NCBI GenBank assembly: GCA_965208105.1
Contig: OZ242318.1
Coordinates: 3,712,001 to 3,776,000, forward strand
Length of the DNA: 64,000 nt
DNA from: Candidatus Latescibacterota bacterium
Lineage (GTDB): Bacteria; Latescibacterota; UBA2968; UBA8231
Direction: 5' to 3'
The notes under the pieces are model-generated. The model searched no databases, had not been told where the DNA came from, and saw only the letters and a program-made list of their open reading frames with translations. The position numbers and the translations under genes were made by a program. This document shows positions 30,126-40,717 of the stretch, piece by piece (the first letter of the stretch is position 1; each line of letters starts with the position of its first letter).

Positions 30126-33100
30126 GTGCGCCGCACTTACCTCGTCCTCGCGGGACTGCTGCTCCCGCTCCTGATCGTCTGCGCCACTCCGCTGGGACCG
30201 CGGCTTCTCGGTGCTCAGCTCGAGAACCTCGCTCCCGGCTATGGATGGCGGCTCGAGATCGGCCGCGCGGGAGGCGCCCTTCTGGGCGAAGTTGCCCTGC
30301 AGCAGGTCAAGGTCGTCAATGCCGCCTCCGGGGTGGAGATCGAGGTGGACCGTCTCGAATGGACGCCGTGGTCCCACTCCGTCGAGTTGTTGCGCCCCCG
30401 CGTCCGCCTGCTCCCCGCAGCCGCTTCGGCGCCGGCCGATTCAGCGCCCGGCGATGCCGCATTCGCGGTGCTGCCCCTGGGTTACCTTCCCGAGCTGAGA
30501 ATCAGCCTGGGCCGCCTGGAATGGGAGAATCCGGACGGCAGCCGGCTGCAGGTGGATGACCTGGATCTACACTACGAGTCCATTGGCGATACCACCGGGG
30601 TGCTGACCCTTGACCAGGCCTGGTACCGGGTGGAGGAAGAGGGACGCCCGCGCATACAGCTGCTCCTGAAGGGCCGCCTTGTGCTCGGCCTGCAGGCGGT
30701 GGAGGTGGAGGAGCTTCATGCCACCCTGGAAACGGAGCTGGCGGACGCCGACCTGCGGGGGAGGGGCCGCTTGGGTCTGTCCGCTGGCATGCCGGTGGAA
30801 TTCTCGCTCGATTCGGCCATTCGCGCCGATACCCTCGCCGCCCGGGTGGAGGCCAGTCTCCGGGGAAGGCTTGAACCGAGGGAATTGCAGATACAGGTGG
30901 TGGGCGACGGCGTCCATCCGGACCTGGGCCCCGTGCACCTTGCCGCCGCCGCCAAGATGGATTCGGGGCAGGTGAGGATCGATTCGCTGCATCTGAGTTT
31001 TCTCGAGGCGGACCTTGGCGGCCGGGCTGCCTACCACTTGGCGGCGGACAGCCTGGAGGCCCGGCTGCGGCTCCGCGGCCTGGAGCTGCAGCGCATTCCC
31101 CGCCTTCCTCTATCAGGAAGTTTGGAGGGGAGTCTGCGCACGGCCCTGAATCTCGGGACAAAGCGCTACACCGCGGACCTGAAGCTGCTCGGCCGCGCCC
31201 TCGATCCGGCCGGTGCGCCGGTCCCCTTCGAGGTGAGCGGCGCTTATCGTCCGGACGGCAGCACCCGCATCGACCTGCGCTCCGGGCTCGGCCGCCTGGC
31301 GGCGGCGGGCTGGTCCGATCCCCGGGGGGGTTACGACCTCGATCTCGAGGGGGCAGTGGAGACCTCCAGGGTTCTCGGAGGCGCCGCCGACCCCGTCCTG
31401 GTGAGGGGCAGGGCGCGGCCGGACTCCCTGGAGCTGGACCTGGAGCTGGAGCGGCTGCCCTTCGAGACCCTGCCCGCCGGTCCGCTGCGCCTGCACCTGT
31501 TGCTGCGCCGGCAGCGTTTTCTCGACGCCGCCCTCGTGTTCGAGGAGAATCAGGCCAGATTGAACCTGACCGCGGACCTGGCGCAGGGGGAAATCGAAGG
31601 CTTCGACGGCGCCCTCATGCCCTTCGAGCTGAGCCGCTTCGCGCCCCGGCTGGAGGGCAGGGTGCTGGGACAGGTGGACGCGGCCGGCGGCCTCGACCCC
31701 GCCTCGGTGGAGCTGGCAGCCCGCTTCGATCTCGAGGAGGTGGCCTACGCCGGATGGCGCGCGGGGCCTCTGAAGCTTCACCTGGACTACCGCGACCGGC
31801 TCCTCGGCGCGCGCCTGCAGAGCTCGGCCTTCCTGGCCCGGGCAACCCTGGACGTCGACGGCCGCTTCCAGGGGAGCCTGGATGGCGGCGGAATCCTGCT
31901 CGAGAGCGGTCCCTCCGCTCCTGGGGAGGGGGAATCCAGCGGATCGGTGGCCTTGGGCGGCAGGCTGCAGTGGAGCGGCCATCTCGACCACCCCGACTCC
32001 CTGCAAGTGCGCGCGGACCTGGACCGGTTGCGCCTGGAGAAGGGGACCTGGTGGGTGAGCAGCGCCGAATCGCTGCGGGTGCGCTACGCCGGTGAGCGCG
32101 CCGAGATCGGGCGCCTGCAGCTGAACTCACCCCTGGGAAATCTGCGCATCGCCGGTGCGGGACGCCGCGACAGCCTGCAACTGGAGGCCGAGGTAACCTC
32201 CCTGACGCTGGAATCCCTGGTCCCCGGTCTGGAAGGAGAGGGCGGTGGGAGATTGAGCCTGGGCGGTACCCTGCAGAACCCGCAGGGCGGGGGCCGGATC
32301 GAATTTAATGGGGCGACTCTCAGCGGTAGGCCCGTGGGAGACCTGAGCCTGGACGTGCAACTGGCCGACAGCCTGGAACTGGGGGGCGAGCTGAACCAGG
32401 CGCAAGAGGCCGGACCGGAGCTGCGGCTGCGCTTTGCCCTTCCGGCCGCCGCCCTGTGGTCCGCGGCAGCCGATACCAGCAACCGCATGCACCTGGCCCT
32501 GGCCGCCCGCCACCTGGATCTCGGCGCGCTGCTCTCCCATGCGCTGTCAGATTCCGCCGGCGGCCTGCTCGCCATGGATGGAGATGTTTCGGCGCCTGCA
32601 GACCTTCTGACAGATCCCCTGCGGTGGCGCGATCTTGGCGGCCGGGTGAGGCTCGACCGGCTGGAGGTCGGGAAGGAGAACCTGCGGGCGACTCTCCCCG
32701 ACACCGGGACCGTCACCCTGAGGGAAGACCACATGATCCTGCGCGATATCGGCCTGGCCCTCGAGGTCTACGACCGCGGGCGCGAGGGGTTCCGCGCCGG
32801 AGGCCGGTTGGGCCTGGAAGGCCGGCTGCAGCCCGCGGGATCTTCCCTGCTGACCATGGGCCTGGAGGACCTGGACCTGGCCGTGCTCGAGGCCCTGGAG
32901 GTGGCAGACCTGCCGCCGGGACGCGCCGACCTGCAGGGACGGATGGCCGGCTCCCTGCGGGATCCTGAAATGGAGATGGATTGGGCCATTGCCCTGGAGG
33001 ACCTGGGGGACCTCGAGGGGCGCCTGGAGGCGAGGTCGAAGGAGGGGTCGGCCGACCTGGTCTGGATCACCACCATCGGCGACAGTCTGCGGGTCGGAAT

Positions 33101-34484
33101 CACCTTGCCCTGGGACCTGAATGCCGGCACCGCGGCCTGGGAACGGGGGACCATGCAGGCCCGCTCCTCGGGGTTGGACATGTTGGCCTTTCTCGACCTG
33201 TTCCCCGACCTGGACCACCTGGGCGGCCGTCTGAGTCTCGACCTGGAGGCCGGCAATTTCACCGACGCGGTGGAGGTGCGCGGCCGCATGGACATCGCCG
33301 GTCTGTCGCTGACCCTGCTCGATTCCCAGCCGAGGTACGTCTTCGAGCCCGGAAGCCTGGTATTCGATGGCCGCCGAGGTGTGTTGCAGGGGTTCGCCGG
33401 CAGCTCCCACCGGGGCAAGGGCCGCATCGCCTTGTCCGGCTTCGCCGAGATAGCTTCCCTCACCGACCTCGTCTACGAGTTGGATCTGGAAGCGGAGGAC
33501 ATTCCCTACAGCTACGACGACATCTTCGATGCACCGGGCGTGGAGCTGGACCTCGGTCTGGACGCCACCCGCACGGGGTCCCTGCTGTCGGGTCGCGTGC
33601 GGATGGACGGCGCCCGGGTGGAACCTGCCCTGATCGACCTCGGCGCCCCGCCCGTGCCGCCGCCCCCACCGGCGGTGCGCAATGATTTCTTCGAGCGCAT
33701 GGAGCTGGACGTCGAGGTCGACGTCCGCGACATGGATGTCGAGAACGAGCTCATGGACCTGGAGGTGGAGGGTAGGGCCACCGCCTACGGCACCTTCTTC
33801 AAGCCCAAATTCCAGGGCGAGATGCGGGTGGTGGAGGGCAAGGTGTTTCTCCTCAACCGCGCCTTCGACTTCCGCAAGGGGCGCATCAACCTGGACAAGC
33901 TGGTGCCGACCTACTCCATCCTCGATCTGGCCTACGATCCATTCCTGCTCAATCCCGAGGTGGATATCGAGGCGGTGACCCGGGTCGTTCCCGTGGATGA
34001 CGATGAGGCCGATGAGGAGGAATACGAAATCGTCTTCCAGTTGCGCGGCCCCGCCCTCGAGGTCGAGCCCAAGTTCGTGGCCGAAGGCCTCACCGACAAT
34101 CAGACACTCATGCTCCTGGCCTTCGGCTACCGCTCCGTCAGCACCCTCAGCGATGACAAGTACCAAGGAGCAAAGGACGCCCTCAAAACCACCGCCGGGC
34201 AGCTGCTGCTGAGCCCCCAGATAAAGAAGATCGGTCTGGACGAGTTCGAGATCCTTCCCTCGGGTACGGATCTGGGCACGGTGGGAATGATCTCGGTGAG
34301 CATGGGCAGGTACTTCAGGGGCCCGCTGCCCCTGTGGGTGCGCTACGAGGCGGCGACCAGCGAGCCGGCTTTGGGCCAGTTCAGCGTGGAACACAGGTTG
34401 AGGTCGTACCTGACCATCACGGCCACGGCCCACAGCAAGTACGAGCTCTACGGTCTTGGAGTCGGGCTCAAAAAGAAATTCTAG
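30126..34484 (+). CDS. tamB: Translocation/assembly module TamB-like protein
   Basis: N-terminal membrane anchor, long beta-rich body, DUF490-like C-terminus (LNPEVDIEA..GVGLKKKF); next to an Omp85 gene. Confidence 0.8.
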   Translation: MRRTYLVLAGLLLPLLIVCATPLGPRLLGAQLENLAPGYGWRLEIGRAGGALLGEVALQQVKVVNAASGVEIEVDRLEWTPWSHSVELLRPRVRLLPAAASAPADSAPGDAAFAVLPLGYLPELRISLGRLEWENPDGSRLQVDDLDLHYESIGDTTGVLTLDQAWYRVEEEGRPRIQLLLKGRLVLGLQAVEVEELHATLETELADADLRGRGRLGLSAGMPVEFSLDSAIRADTLAARVEASLRGRLEPRELQIQVVGDGVHPDLGPVHLAAAAKMDSGQVRIDSLHLSFLEADLGGRAAYHLAADSLEARLRLRGLELQRIPRLPLSGSLEGSLRTALNLGTKRYTADLKLLGRALDPAGAPVPFEVSGAYRPDGSTRIDLRSGLGRLAAAGWSDPRGGYDLDLEGAVETSRVLGGAADPVLVRGRARPDSLELDLELERLPFETLPAGPLRLHLLLRRQRFLDAALVFEENQARLNLTADLAQGEIEGFDGALMPFELSRFAPRLEGRVLGQVDAAGGLDPASVELAARFDLEEVAYAGWRAGPLKLHLDYRDRLLGARLQSSAFLARATLDVDGRFQGSLDGGGILLESGPSAPGEGESSGSVALGGRLQWSGHLDHPDSLQVRADLDRLRLEKGTWWVSSAESLRVRYAGERAEIGRLQLNSPLGNLRIAGAGRRDSLQLEAEVTSLTLESLVPGLEGEGGGRLSLGGTLQNPQGGGRIEFNGATLSGRPVGDLSLDVQLADSLELGGELNQAQEAGPELRLRFALPAAALWSAAADTSNRMHLALAARHLDLGALLSHALSDSAGGLLAMDGDVSAPADLLTDPLRWRDLGGRVRLDRLEVGKENLRATLPDTGTVTLREDHMILRDIGLALEVYDRGREGFRAGGRLGLEGRLQPAGSSLLTMGLEDLDLAVLEALEVADLPPGRADLQGRMAGSLRDPEMEMDWAIALEDLGDLEGRLEARSKEGSADLVWITTIGDSLRVGITLPWDLNAGTAAWERGTMQARSSGLDMLAFLDLFPDLDHLGGRLSLDLEAGNFTDAVEVRGRMDIAGLSLTLLDSQPRYVFEPGSLVFDGRRGVLQGFAGSSHRGKGRIALSGFAEIASLTDLVYELDLEAEDIPYSYDDIFDAPGVELDLGLDATRTGSLLSGRVRMDGARVEPALIDLGAPPVPPPPPAVRNDFFERMELDVEVDVRDMDVENELMDLEVEGRATAYGTFFKPKFQGEMRVVEGKVFLLNRAFDFRKGRINLDKLVPTYSILDLAYDPFLLNPEVDIEAVTRVVPVDDDEADEEEYEIVFQLRGPALEVEPKFVAEGLTDNQTLMLLAFGYRSVSTLSDDKYQGAKDALKTTAGQLLLSPQIKKIGLDEFEILPSGTDLGTVGMISVSMGRYFRGPLPLWVRYEAATSEPALGQFSVEHRLRSYLTITATAHSKYELYGLGVGLKKKF

Positions 34485-34514
34485 GGTATCGGCGCACATA
34501 TGACAGGAATATCT

Positions 34515-36644
34515 ATGTGGCGTGTTCTGGTGTTTGCCGTAGCGTGGACGGTGATGGAGATGGGTCAGGTCCTGGCCCTCCAGGAGGGACGGCGGGTCTC
34601 TCTGCGCCAGGCGGATGGCTCCCGGGTGGCTTCCATTCGCTTCCTGCATTTGAACAAAAAGCCCATCAAGAACAGCATCCTGCGCTCCGCCATGCAGACG
34701 CGGGCGGGGGAGCCGCTGCAGCGCCGTTTTCTGCGCAACGATCTGACGGTGATCGAGAACCTCTACCGCGGCAAGGGCTTCATGGGCGCCAAGGTGGTGG
34801 GCAAGACGTTGGAGCTGGACGACGAAGGGAAGTTGCACATCACCATCAAGATCGACAGCGGCGGCAAATGGAGAGTGGAGGCGGTGCGCCTGGCACTGGC
34901 GGACTCGGTTCTGGCGGGGTCCCTGCGGAAGGTGCTGTCGTCCGGACCTGGCAAGCTGTTCCTCTACGCCAAGGTGTTGCAGGACGAACGGGCCCTGCAG
35001 ACCCGGCTCAACAGCCAGGGCTACGCCCACGCCCGGGTGCGCAATCATCTCGAGCTGGACTCGCGAAGCCGCACGGCCAGGATTACCTACGAGGTCGATC
35101 CCGGCCCCAAGCTCTATTTCGGCGCCGTGCGCATCATCGGGGTTAAAGGAAACGAGGAAAGGGAGTTGTTGACCAATCCCGCCCTGGTGGGGCGCCAACT
35201 CACCTTCGACGAGGGCGACCTCTACGACCCGGAACACCTGCGGCAGAGCAGCAGCAACCTGGCGCGCACCGATCTCTTTCGCTCCATTGTCCTGAGCACC
35301 CCTGCCTCGGCGCTGCAGGACAGCCTGCAGTCGGTGGAGATTCGCCTGGAAGAGAAGAAGTACGTCCACCTCGGGGCGCAGTTCTCCCTCCAGAACACCG
35401 ACTCCCGCGTTGCCGCCAACGTGCAGCACGGAAACTGGCTGGGGCGCGGCGGCCGGCTGGGGTTCGACGCCAGCCTCGGGCAGCCGCTGCAGGGCGGCAA
35501 GGCCTTTCTGACCGAGCGCAATGTCTTCGATAGCGGCGCCGATTTGACCGTAGCGGCCGGACTCACCGAAGAGTGGGGCCAGACTCTGGTGCGGGCGGAC
35601 CCCGGGGATTCCCTCCAGTTCGAGCTGTTGACCACCAATGACTCCATCCTGGAGGGACTCCTGCTCTTTGCCGGGGAGGAGAGCACATCTGCGTACATCT
35701 CAGCCTCCAGCTACGACTTCCGCTCCATCGAGCGCCTGTGGAACTTCGACAGCGCCCTCTACAGGGCGTGGGAACCAGGCGGCGACCTGACCTATCAGCT
35801 CCACTTTTCGGTGGCCTGGGCCCAGTGGCGCCGCCGCCCCACCGGCGCCCACGTCACCTACAATCCGAGGGATGAATCCGGCGGTGGCGAAGGGTTCGAC
35901 GACGATGGACTCTTCGCTGACGACGATCCCTTCGGCGATGATGAGTCGCAGGAGGAGGCGGGGGACGGCGAGGAGCCCGCCGCCGGTGGACCCGATGAGG
36001 AGGACTCCTTCGTCGACTACGGCGATGAGGAAAAAATCCCTCTGGACCGGACCTGGCGGCGGATCCTGGCGGAGGAGTCGAGCACGATCAACCTTACCGC
36101 CGGCTTCGAGCGCGACACCCGCGACAACCAGATTGCCCCCACCCGCGGTTCCTTCCTGCGGCTGACCGGGCTCTACGCCATCCAGGTGGGTCGCCGTGCC
36201 ACCCGGGTGCTGGACGGGGATTTCGAGGCGCGCTACTACCGCCCGTGGGGTAGGTACCTGGTATGGGCCCAGGGCCTGCGCCTGGTGCAGGTGGCCTCGC
36301 TGCGCCCGGACCGGGCCTTGCCGGGGTCCTACTGGAAGGAGTTCGGCGGCGAGGGAAGCGTGCGCGGGGTGGAGCGCGACGGGATACAGGTGGCGGGCGG
36401 CGGCAGAGCGGGAATCAATTTGCGGAGCGAGGTGCGGCTCTACTGGCGGGATATGGGCGTGGTGGTGTTCTGGGACCGGGCCCAAGTATGGCGCCGCAAC
36501 GCGGACGTGGACCTGCGGAAAATGGTGGACGGTTACGGGATGGGGCTGCGCTACACCATGGGCATCCCCTTTCGCTTCGATCTGGGATCGAGCCGTGGCT
36601 TTAATGATAAAAGGTATTATTTTTCTATAGGGCAGGCATTCTAG
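34515..36644 (+). CDS. Omp85/TamA-family outer-membrane protein
   Basis: Signal peptide, about 3 POTRA domains, RDTRDNQIAPTRG, GGEGSVRG, C-terminal YFSIGQAF; alternative start 34500. Confidence 0.88.
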   Translation: MWRVLVFAVAWTVMEMGQVLALQEGRRVSLRQADGSRVASIRFLHLNKKPIKNSILRSAMQTRAGEPLQRRFLRNDLTVIENLYRGKGFMGAKVVGKTLELDDEGKLHITIKIDSGGKWRVEAVRLALADSVLAGSLRKVLSSGPGKLFLYAKVLQDERALQTRLNSQGYAHARVRNHLELDSRSRTARITYEVDPGPKLYFGAVRIIGVKGNEERELLTNPALVGRQLTFDEGDLYDPEHLRQSSSNLARTDLFRSIVLSTPASALQDSLQSVEIRLEEKKYVHLGAQFSLQNTDSRVAANVQHGNWLGRGGRLGFDASLGQPLQGGKAFLTERNVFDSGADLTVAAGLTEEWGQTLVRADPGDSLQFELLTTNDSILEGLLLFAGEESTSAYISASSYDFRSIERLWNFDSALYRAWEPGGDLTYQLHFSVAWAQWRRRPTGAHVTYNPRDESGGGEGFDDDGLFADDDPFGDDESQEEAGDGEEPAAGGPDEEDSFVDYGDEEKIPLDRTWRRILAEESSTINLTAGFERDTRDNQIAPTRGSFLRLTGLYAIQVGRRATRVLDGDFEARYYRPWGRYLVWAQGLRLVQVASLRPDRALPGSYWKEFGGEGSVRGVERDGIQVAGGGRAGINLRSEVRLYWRDMGVVVFWDRAQVWRRNADVDLRKMVDGYGMGLRYTMGIPFRFDLGSSRGFNDKRYYFSIGQAF

Positions 36645-36671
36645 GAATTGAGCCTTATCCGGAGGAGCGCT

Positions 36672-38540
36672 ATGCAGCACAGAGGGTTCCGCAGCAGCAT
36701 CACCACCCAGGGAAGGCGCATGGCCGGCGCCCGCGCCCTGTGGCGGGCGACGGGGATGAAGAAGGAAGATTTCCGCAAGCCCATCGTCGCCATCGCCAAT
36801 TCCTTCACCCAGTTCGTGCCCGGCCACGTGCACCTTCACCCCATCGGCCAGCGGGTGAAAGCGGTGATCGACGCCAGCGGCGGCTACGGGGTGGAATTCA
36901 ACACCATCGCCGTGGACGACGGCATCGCCATGGGCCACGACGGGATGCTCTACTCCCTGCCCAGCCGCGAGCTGATCGCCGACAGCGTCGAGTACATGGT
37001 CCAGGGCCACAAGGCCGACGCCCTGGTCTGCATCTCCAATTGCGACAAGATCACCCCGGGCATGCTCCTGGCCGCCCTGCGCCTGAACATCCCCACGGTC
37101 TTCGTCTCCGGCGGGCCCATGGAGGCCGGGCGCGCCAAGCTTGCCGGCGGTGAAGCCAAGCTCGATCTGATCGACTCCATGGTCGCCGCCGGGGACAGCA
37201 GCATAAGCGACGCCGAGGTCGAGAAATTCGAGGAATCGGCCTGTCCCACCTGCGGCTCGTGCTCCGGGATGTTCACCGCCAACAGCATGAACTGCCTCAA
37301 CGAGGCCATCGGCCTGGCGTTGCCGGGCAACGGTACGATTCTGGCCACGCACGCGCTGCGCTGGGAGCTCTTCGAGGCCGCCGCCAGGAGAATCGTGGAA
37401 ATGGCCAAGGCCTACTACCTGGAGGGCGACAGTTCGGTGCTGCCGCGCAGCATCGCCACCTTCGAGGCCTTCGAGAATGCCATGACTCTCGATATCGCCA
37501 TGGGAGGGTCGACCAATACGGTGCTGCACCTGCTGGCCATGGCCCGGGAGGCGGGAGTCGACTTCACCATGGCGGACATCGACCGCCTTTCGCGCCAGGT
37601 GCCCTGCATCTGCAAGGTGGCGCCGGCCACCAACCGCTTCCACGTGGAGGACGTGGCCCGGGCGGGGGGCATTCCCTCCATTCTCGGCGAGCTTCTGCGC
37701 GCCGGCAGAATCCACCCCCACGTGCGCACGGTGGCGGGCGATTCCCTGGGAGCGATGATCGCCGGCAACGACCTTCGCGGCGACCCGGACCAGATCACCG
37801 AGTTCGCCCGCAGGCGCGGCCTTGCCGCTCCCGGGAACGTGCGCACCAGGGAGGCCTTTGCGCAGGAGAGCTACTACCCCGATTCCGACCTTGATTCCGA
37901 AGCGGGCTGCATCCGCTCGGTGGAGCACGCCTACTCGAAGGACGGCGGTCTGGCCGTGCTGTTCGGCAATATCGCCACCGAGGGCTGCATCGTGAAGACC
38001 GCCGGGGTGGACGAATCCATCCTGGTGTTCGAGGGTCCGGCCCGGGTCTTCGAGTCGCAGGAGGCGGCCTGCGAGGGGATACTGGGGGACCGCGTCCGCG
38101 CCGGCGACGTGGTGGTAATTCGCTACGAAGGGCCCAAGGGAGGACCGGGGATGCAGGAGATGCTGTACCCCACCTCCTACATCAAGGCCAAGCACCTCGG
38201 TGCCGAGTGCGCCCTGCTGACCGACGGGCGCTTCAGCGGCGGGACGAGCGGGCTGTCCATCGGGCACGTGTCTCCCGAGGCGGCCGAGGGCGGCGCCATT
38301 GCCCTCATCGACGAGGGGGACCTGGTGCGGATAGACATACCCGGGCGCTCCATCGAGGTTGTCCTCCCGGAGGAGGAGCTGGAACGGCGGCGACAGAGGA
38401 TGGAAGCCATGGGTCCGGACGCATATCGGCCGCTCAAGCGCAAGCGCTACGTTTCGCAGGCCCTGCAGGCCTATGCCGCGCTGACCACCGGCGCCGCCCA
38501 GGGGGCGGTGCGCGACGTGGGACAGCTCGGGGGGCGATGA
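36672..38540 (+). CDS. ilvD: Dihydroxy-acid dehydratase
   Basis: [55 protein letters not shown]; GGAGG RBS. Confidence 0.97.
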   Translation: MQHRGFRSSITTQGRRMAGARALWRATGMKKEDFRKPIVAIANSFTQFVPGHVHLHPIGQRVKAVIDASGGYGVEFNTIAVDDGIAMGHDGMLYSLPSRELIADSVEYMVQGHKADALVCISNCDKITPGMLLAALRLNIPTVFVSGGPMEAGRAKLAGGEAKLDLIDSMVAAGDSSISDAEVEKFEESACPTCGSCSGMFTANSMNCLNEAIGLALPGNGTILATHALRWELFEAAARRIVEMAKAYYLEGDSSVLPRSIATFEAFENAMTLDIAMGGSTNTVLHLLAMAREAGVDFTMADIDRLSRQVPCICKVAPATNRFHVEDVARAGGIPSILGELLRAGRIHPHVRTVAGDSLGAMIAGNDLRGDPDQITEFARRRGLAAPGNVRTREAFAQESYYPDSDLDSEAGCIRSVEHAYSKDGGLAVLFGNIATEGCIVKTAGVDESILVFEGPARVFESQEAACEGILGDRVRAGDVVVIRYEGPKGGPGMQEMLYPTSYIKAKHLGAECALLTDGRFSGGTSGLSIGHVSPEAAEGGAIALIDEGDLVRIDIPGRSIEVVLPEEELERRRQRMEAMGPDAYRPLKRKRYVSQALQAYAALTTGAAQGAVRDVGQLGGR

Positions 38541-38683
38541 GCCGGGACGGCGCAGCAGCGGCCGGTGCTCCGGCAGGCCGGAGCGGACCGCGGCCGCAGG
38601 GGAGGCAGGCCGGGCGCACCGCACGGAGGCCGCCGCGATCCTCCCTTCTCCAATTTCACCTTGCTTGACCGCGGCGAGGCCGA

Positions 38684-38712
38684 TTGACTCAGGGCGGAGT
38701 GACGGCTATATT
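38684..38712 (+). promoter_or_regulatory. Sigma70 promoter of ssrA
   Basis: TTGACT-17 nt-TATATT, 23 nt upstream of the mature tmRNA 5' end. Confidence 0.75.
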
Positions 38713-38735
38713 CTGTCCAGGACAAAGACAATCTT

Positions 38736-39093
38736 GGGGGCGATTGGATTCGACGTGGGTGGAGAAGCCAGGATTGCGTGCCGAGGTCCCCGGCACCTCG
38801 TAAAAAAGCGGGGAAATTATTAAACGCCAATAGCGATTACGCTCTGGCTGCCTGAGCGATCGGGTAGCCCGCCGGGGCCGGTGGAGCCTGTGACGGCGGT
38901 CCTGGTGTCATCTCTTTGCAGGCTAGCCGAGATCTCTTCGTTCAGGGGGGTTTCAGCGAAATCTACTGAACTGGTTCCCCGGAAATCCTGTCAGTCGGAG
39001 TTGCGGGGAACGAGACCAATAGACTGACTACGCACGTAGCAGATCCGGCGGAACCATTTGCGGACGCGGGTTCGATTCCCGCCGCCTCCACCA
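38736..39093 (+). ncRNA. ssrA: tmRNA; tag peptide (A)ANSDYALAA* at 38826-38855
   Basis: 5' GGGGGCG..GGATTCGAC; 3' T-arm GCGGGTTCGATTCCCGC and CGCCTCC-ACCA with a G3:U pair; tag ORF ending YALAA. Confidence 0.96.
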
Positions 39094-39391
39094 ATGAAAA
39101 TGTTTAACTTTCTGTTGAACTTTGAGTTGTGGAATGTAATATCAGGTAATTATCACTTTAATTACCATAATCGCATGTTGTAGCTCATGTTCGTACCCCG
39201 GCTGAGGTCTATGCCGGTTGTTCGTATAAACCTTCCCTGATCCCACCTTTCCAACGCTTCCCGTTCATCGATTTAGGTCATTCCAAAGGGCTTCGAGGAT
39301 CAATACCGGATCGGTTCTAGGGAACCTCGCGCGGATTGACGCCGTGCCAACACTCGGTGTCCAAGGTTCAACCAGGGTGCCTCGGCAGTTC

Positions 39392-40228
39392 TTACGGCAC
39401 CTCCGGATCGAACCATGGCGTCCAGTTACTCAGAGATAGGGCGCCATCGGCAACGAGGCTGGCGCCGTTGATGTACCTGGCTGCCGGCGAACACAGAAAC
39501 AACACAATTGCCGCAATCTCGTGGGGATCGGCCAGGCGGTGAGCGGGGATATCCTTTCGGGCGAGAGACTCGTAGTCGTCATAAGGCAGCTGGCCAAACT
39601 CTTCCTCTCGTAAGCCATCCGTAGCGACGAATCCCGGAGCGAGGGCGTTAACGGTGACGCCGTGACGGGCATAGTAGTAGGCCAGGGATTTGGTCAGGTT
39701 TTGTACCCCTGCTCGCGCTGCGCCGGAGTGAGCGAAAGGCGGCCCTCCGCGTTCGAGTGCGTAGATATGGACAATGTTGACGATACAGCCGAAACCGTTC
39801 TCAATCATGTGGGGTCCGAGGCGGCTGCACATGTTCCAGGTTCCATTGAGGTTCAGGTCGATGACGGCACGCCAACCGTTGTCGCTGATCTTCGAAGGAG
39901 GACCCGGGAATTGGCCACCCGCGTTGTTGATGAGGAAATCGACCGACCCGAACCGCTCCAGGGTCTTTTCCATCAGCGCGTCGACCGCTTCCGTTTCGCG
40001 GATGTTGGTAGGCACTGCCAGGCACTCGGCGCCAGCCTGGGCGATCTCCTTAGCGGTGGGATCCAGATTCTCTGCCTTGCGGCTGGCTATGACAACGTTG
40101 GCTCCGAATCGCGCAAAGGCGAGAACGATATGTCGGCCAATGCCGCGGCCTCCTCCGGTGACGAGCGCAGTTCGTCCGTTGAAGAGGTCGGGGGAAAAGA
40201 TGTCCAGGGGGGGCGATTCAACCTTCAT
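39392..40228 (-). CDS. Short-chain dehydrogenase/reductase (enoyl/dienoyl-CoA reductase-like)
   Basis: TGGGRGIG, INNAGGQF, HSGAARAGV, VNALAPG. Confidence 0.9.
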   Translation of the reverse strand: MKVESPPLDIFSPDLFNGRTALVTGGGRGIGRHIVLAFARFGANVVIASRKAENLDPTAKEIAQAGAECLAVPTNIRETEAVDALMEKTLERFGSVDFLINNAGGQFPGPPSKISDNGWRAVIDLNLNGTWNMCSRLGPHMIENGFGCIVNIVHIYALERGGPPFAHSGAARAGVQNLTKSLAYYYARHGVTVNALAPGFVATDGLREEEFGQLPYDDYESLARKDIPAHRLADPHEIAAIVLFLCSPAARYINGASLVADGALSLSNWTPWFDPEVP

Positions 40229-40465
40229 TTTCCCCACTCCCTTGCTCGCGCTTGTTTCGATTTTGAGTAATGCGCTGCGCCGTGCCTGGATCGAAGAACC
40301 CGCGAATGGTGGCCTCGGTATCGAGCTCGATGGCACCTTCGACATCCAGGTGGCAGGCGCGGTTGATCACTCTTTTTAGATCGCGAACGGCCCGTTCGGG
40401 CAGGGCGGCGATCCGCTGGCACGCTGCTTCGGCTTCGGTGAAAAGCTCCAATTCGGGCACGATGA
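40218..40465 (-). pseudogene. C-terminal fragment of an enoyl-CoA hydratase/isomerase family gene
   Basis: IVPELELFTEAEAACQRIAALPERAVRDLKRVIN resembles the crotonase C-terminus; N-terminal part absent. Confidence 0.6.
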
Positions 40466-40717
40466 GCTCACCTTTCTCATCAGGGTCTACGTCGATGAGT
40501 AGGCAACTCCGGTTTTCGTAGGGGGCCCGCCGGTGCCGAACCAAGCCGTGCAGCAGATCGTGGAGACGGGTGCGCGCCGCATCATCCGCTTTGCACGAAG
40601 CGCGGCCTGCTCGACCGACACCGCAGCCGATCCGCTCTCCGACGAGGAACCCGTGCGGGCGGCTTTGGCGTGTAGCTCGGAGATGTTCATTTTGGACCGC
40701 GGAATGGCATGGCAGAT

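Noticed and set aside
39160-39188. dif/XerCD site
   Set aside because: The left part resembles ..CATAA but there is no TTATGTTAAAT-like XerD arm at the correct spacing.
39094-39300. Integrase or duplicated tmRNA 3' end (classical ssrA att site)
   Set aside because: No integrase ORF and no second CGCCTCCACCA-like copy found by eye.
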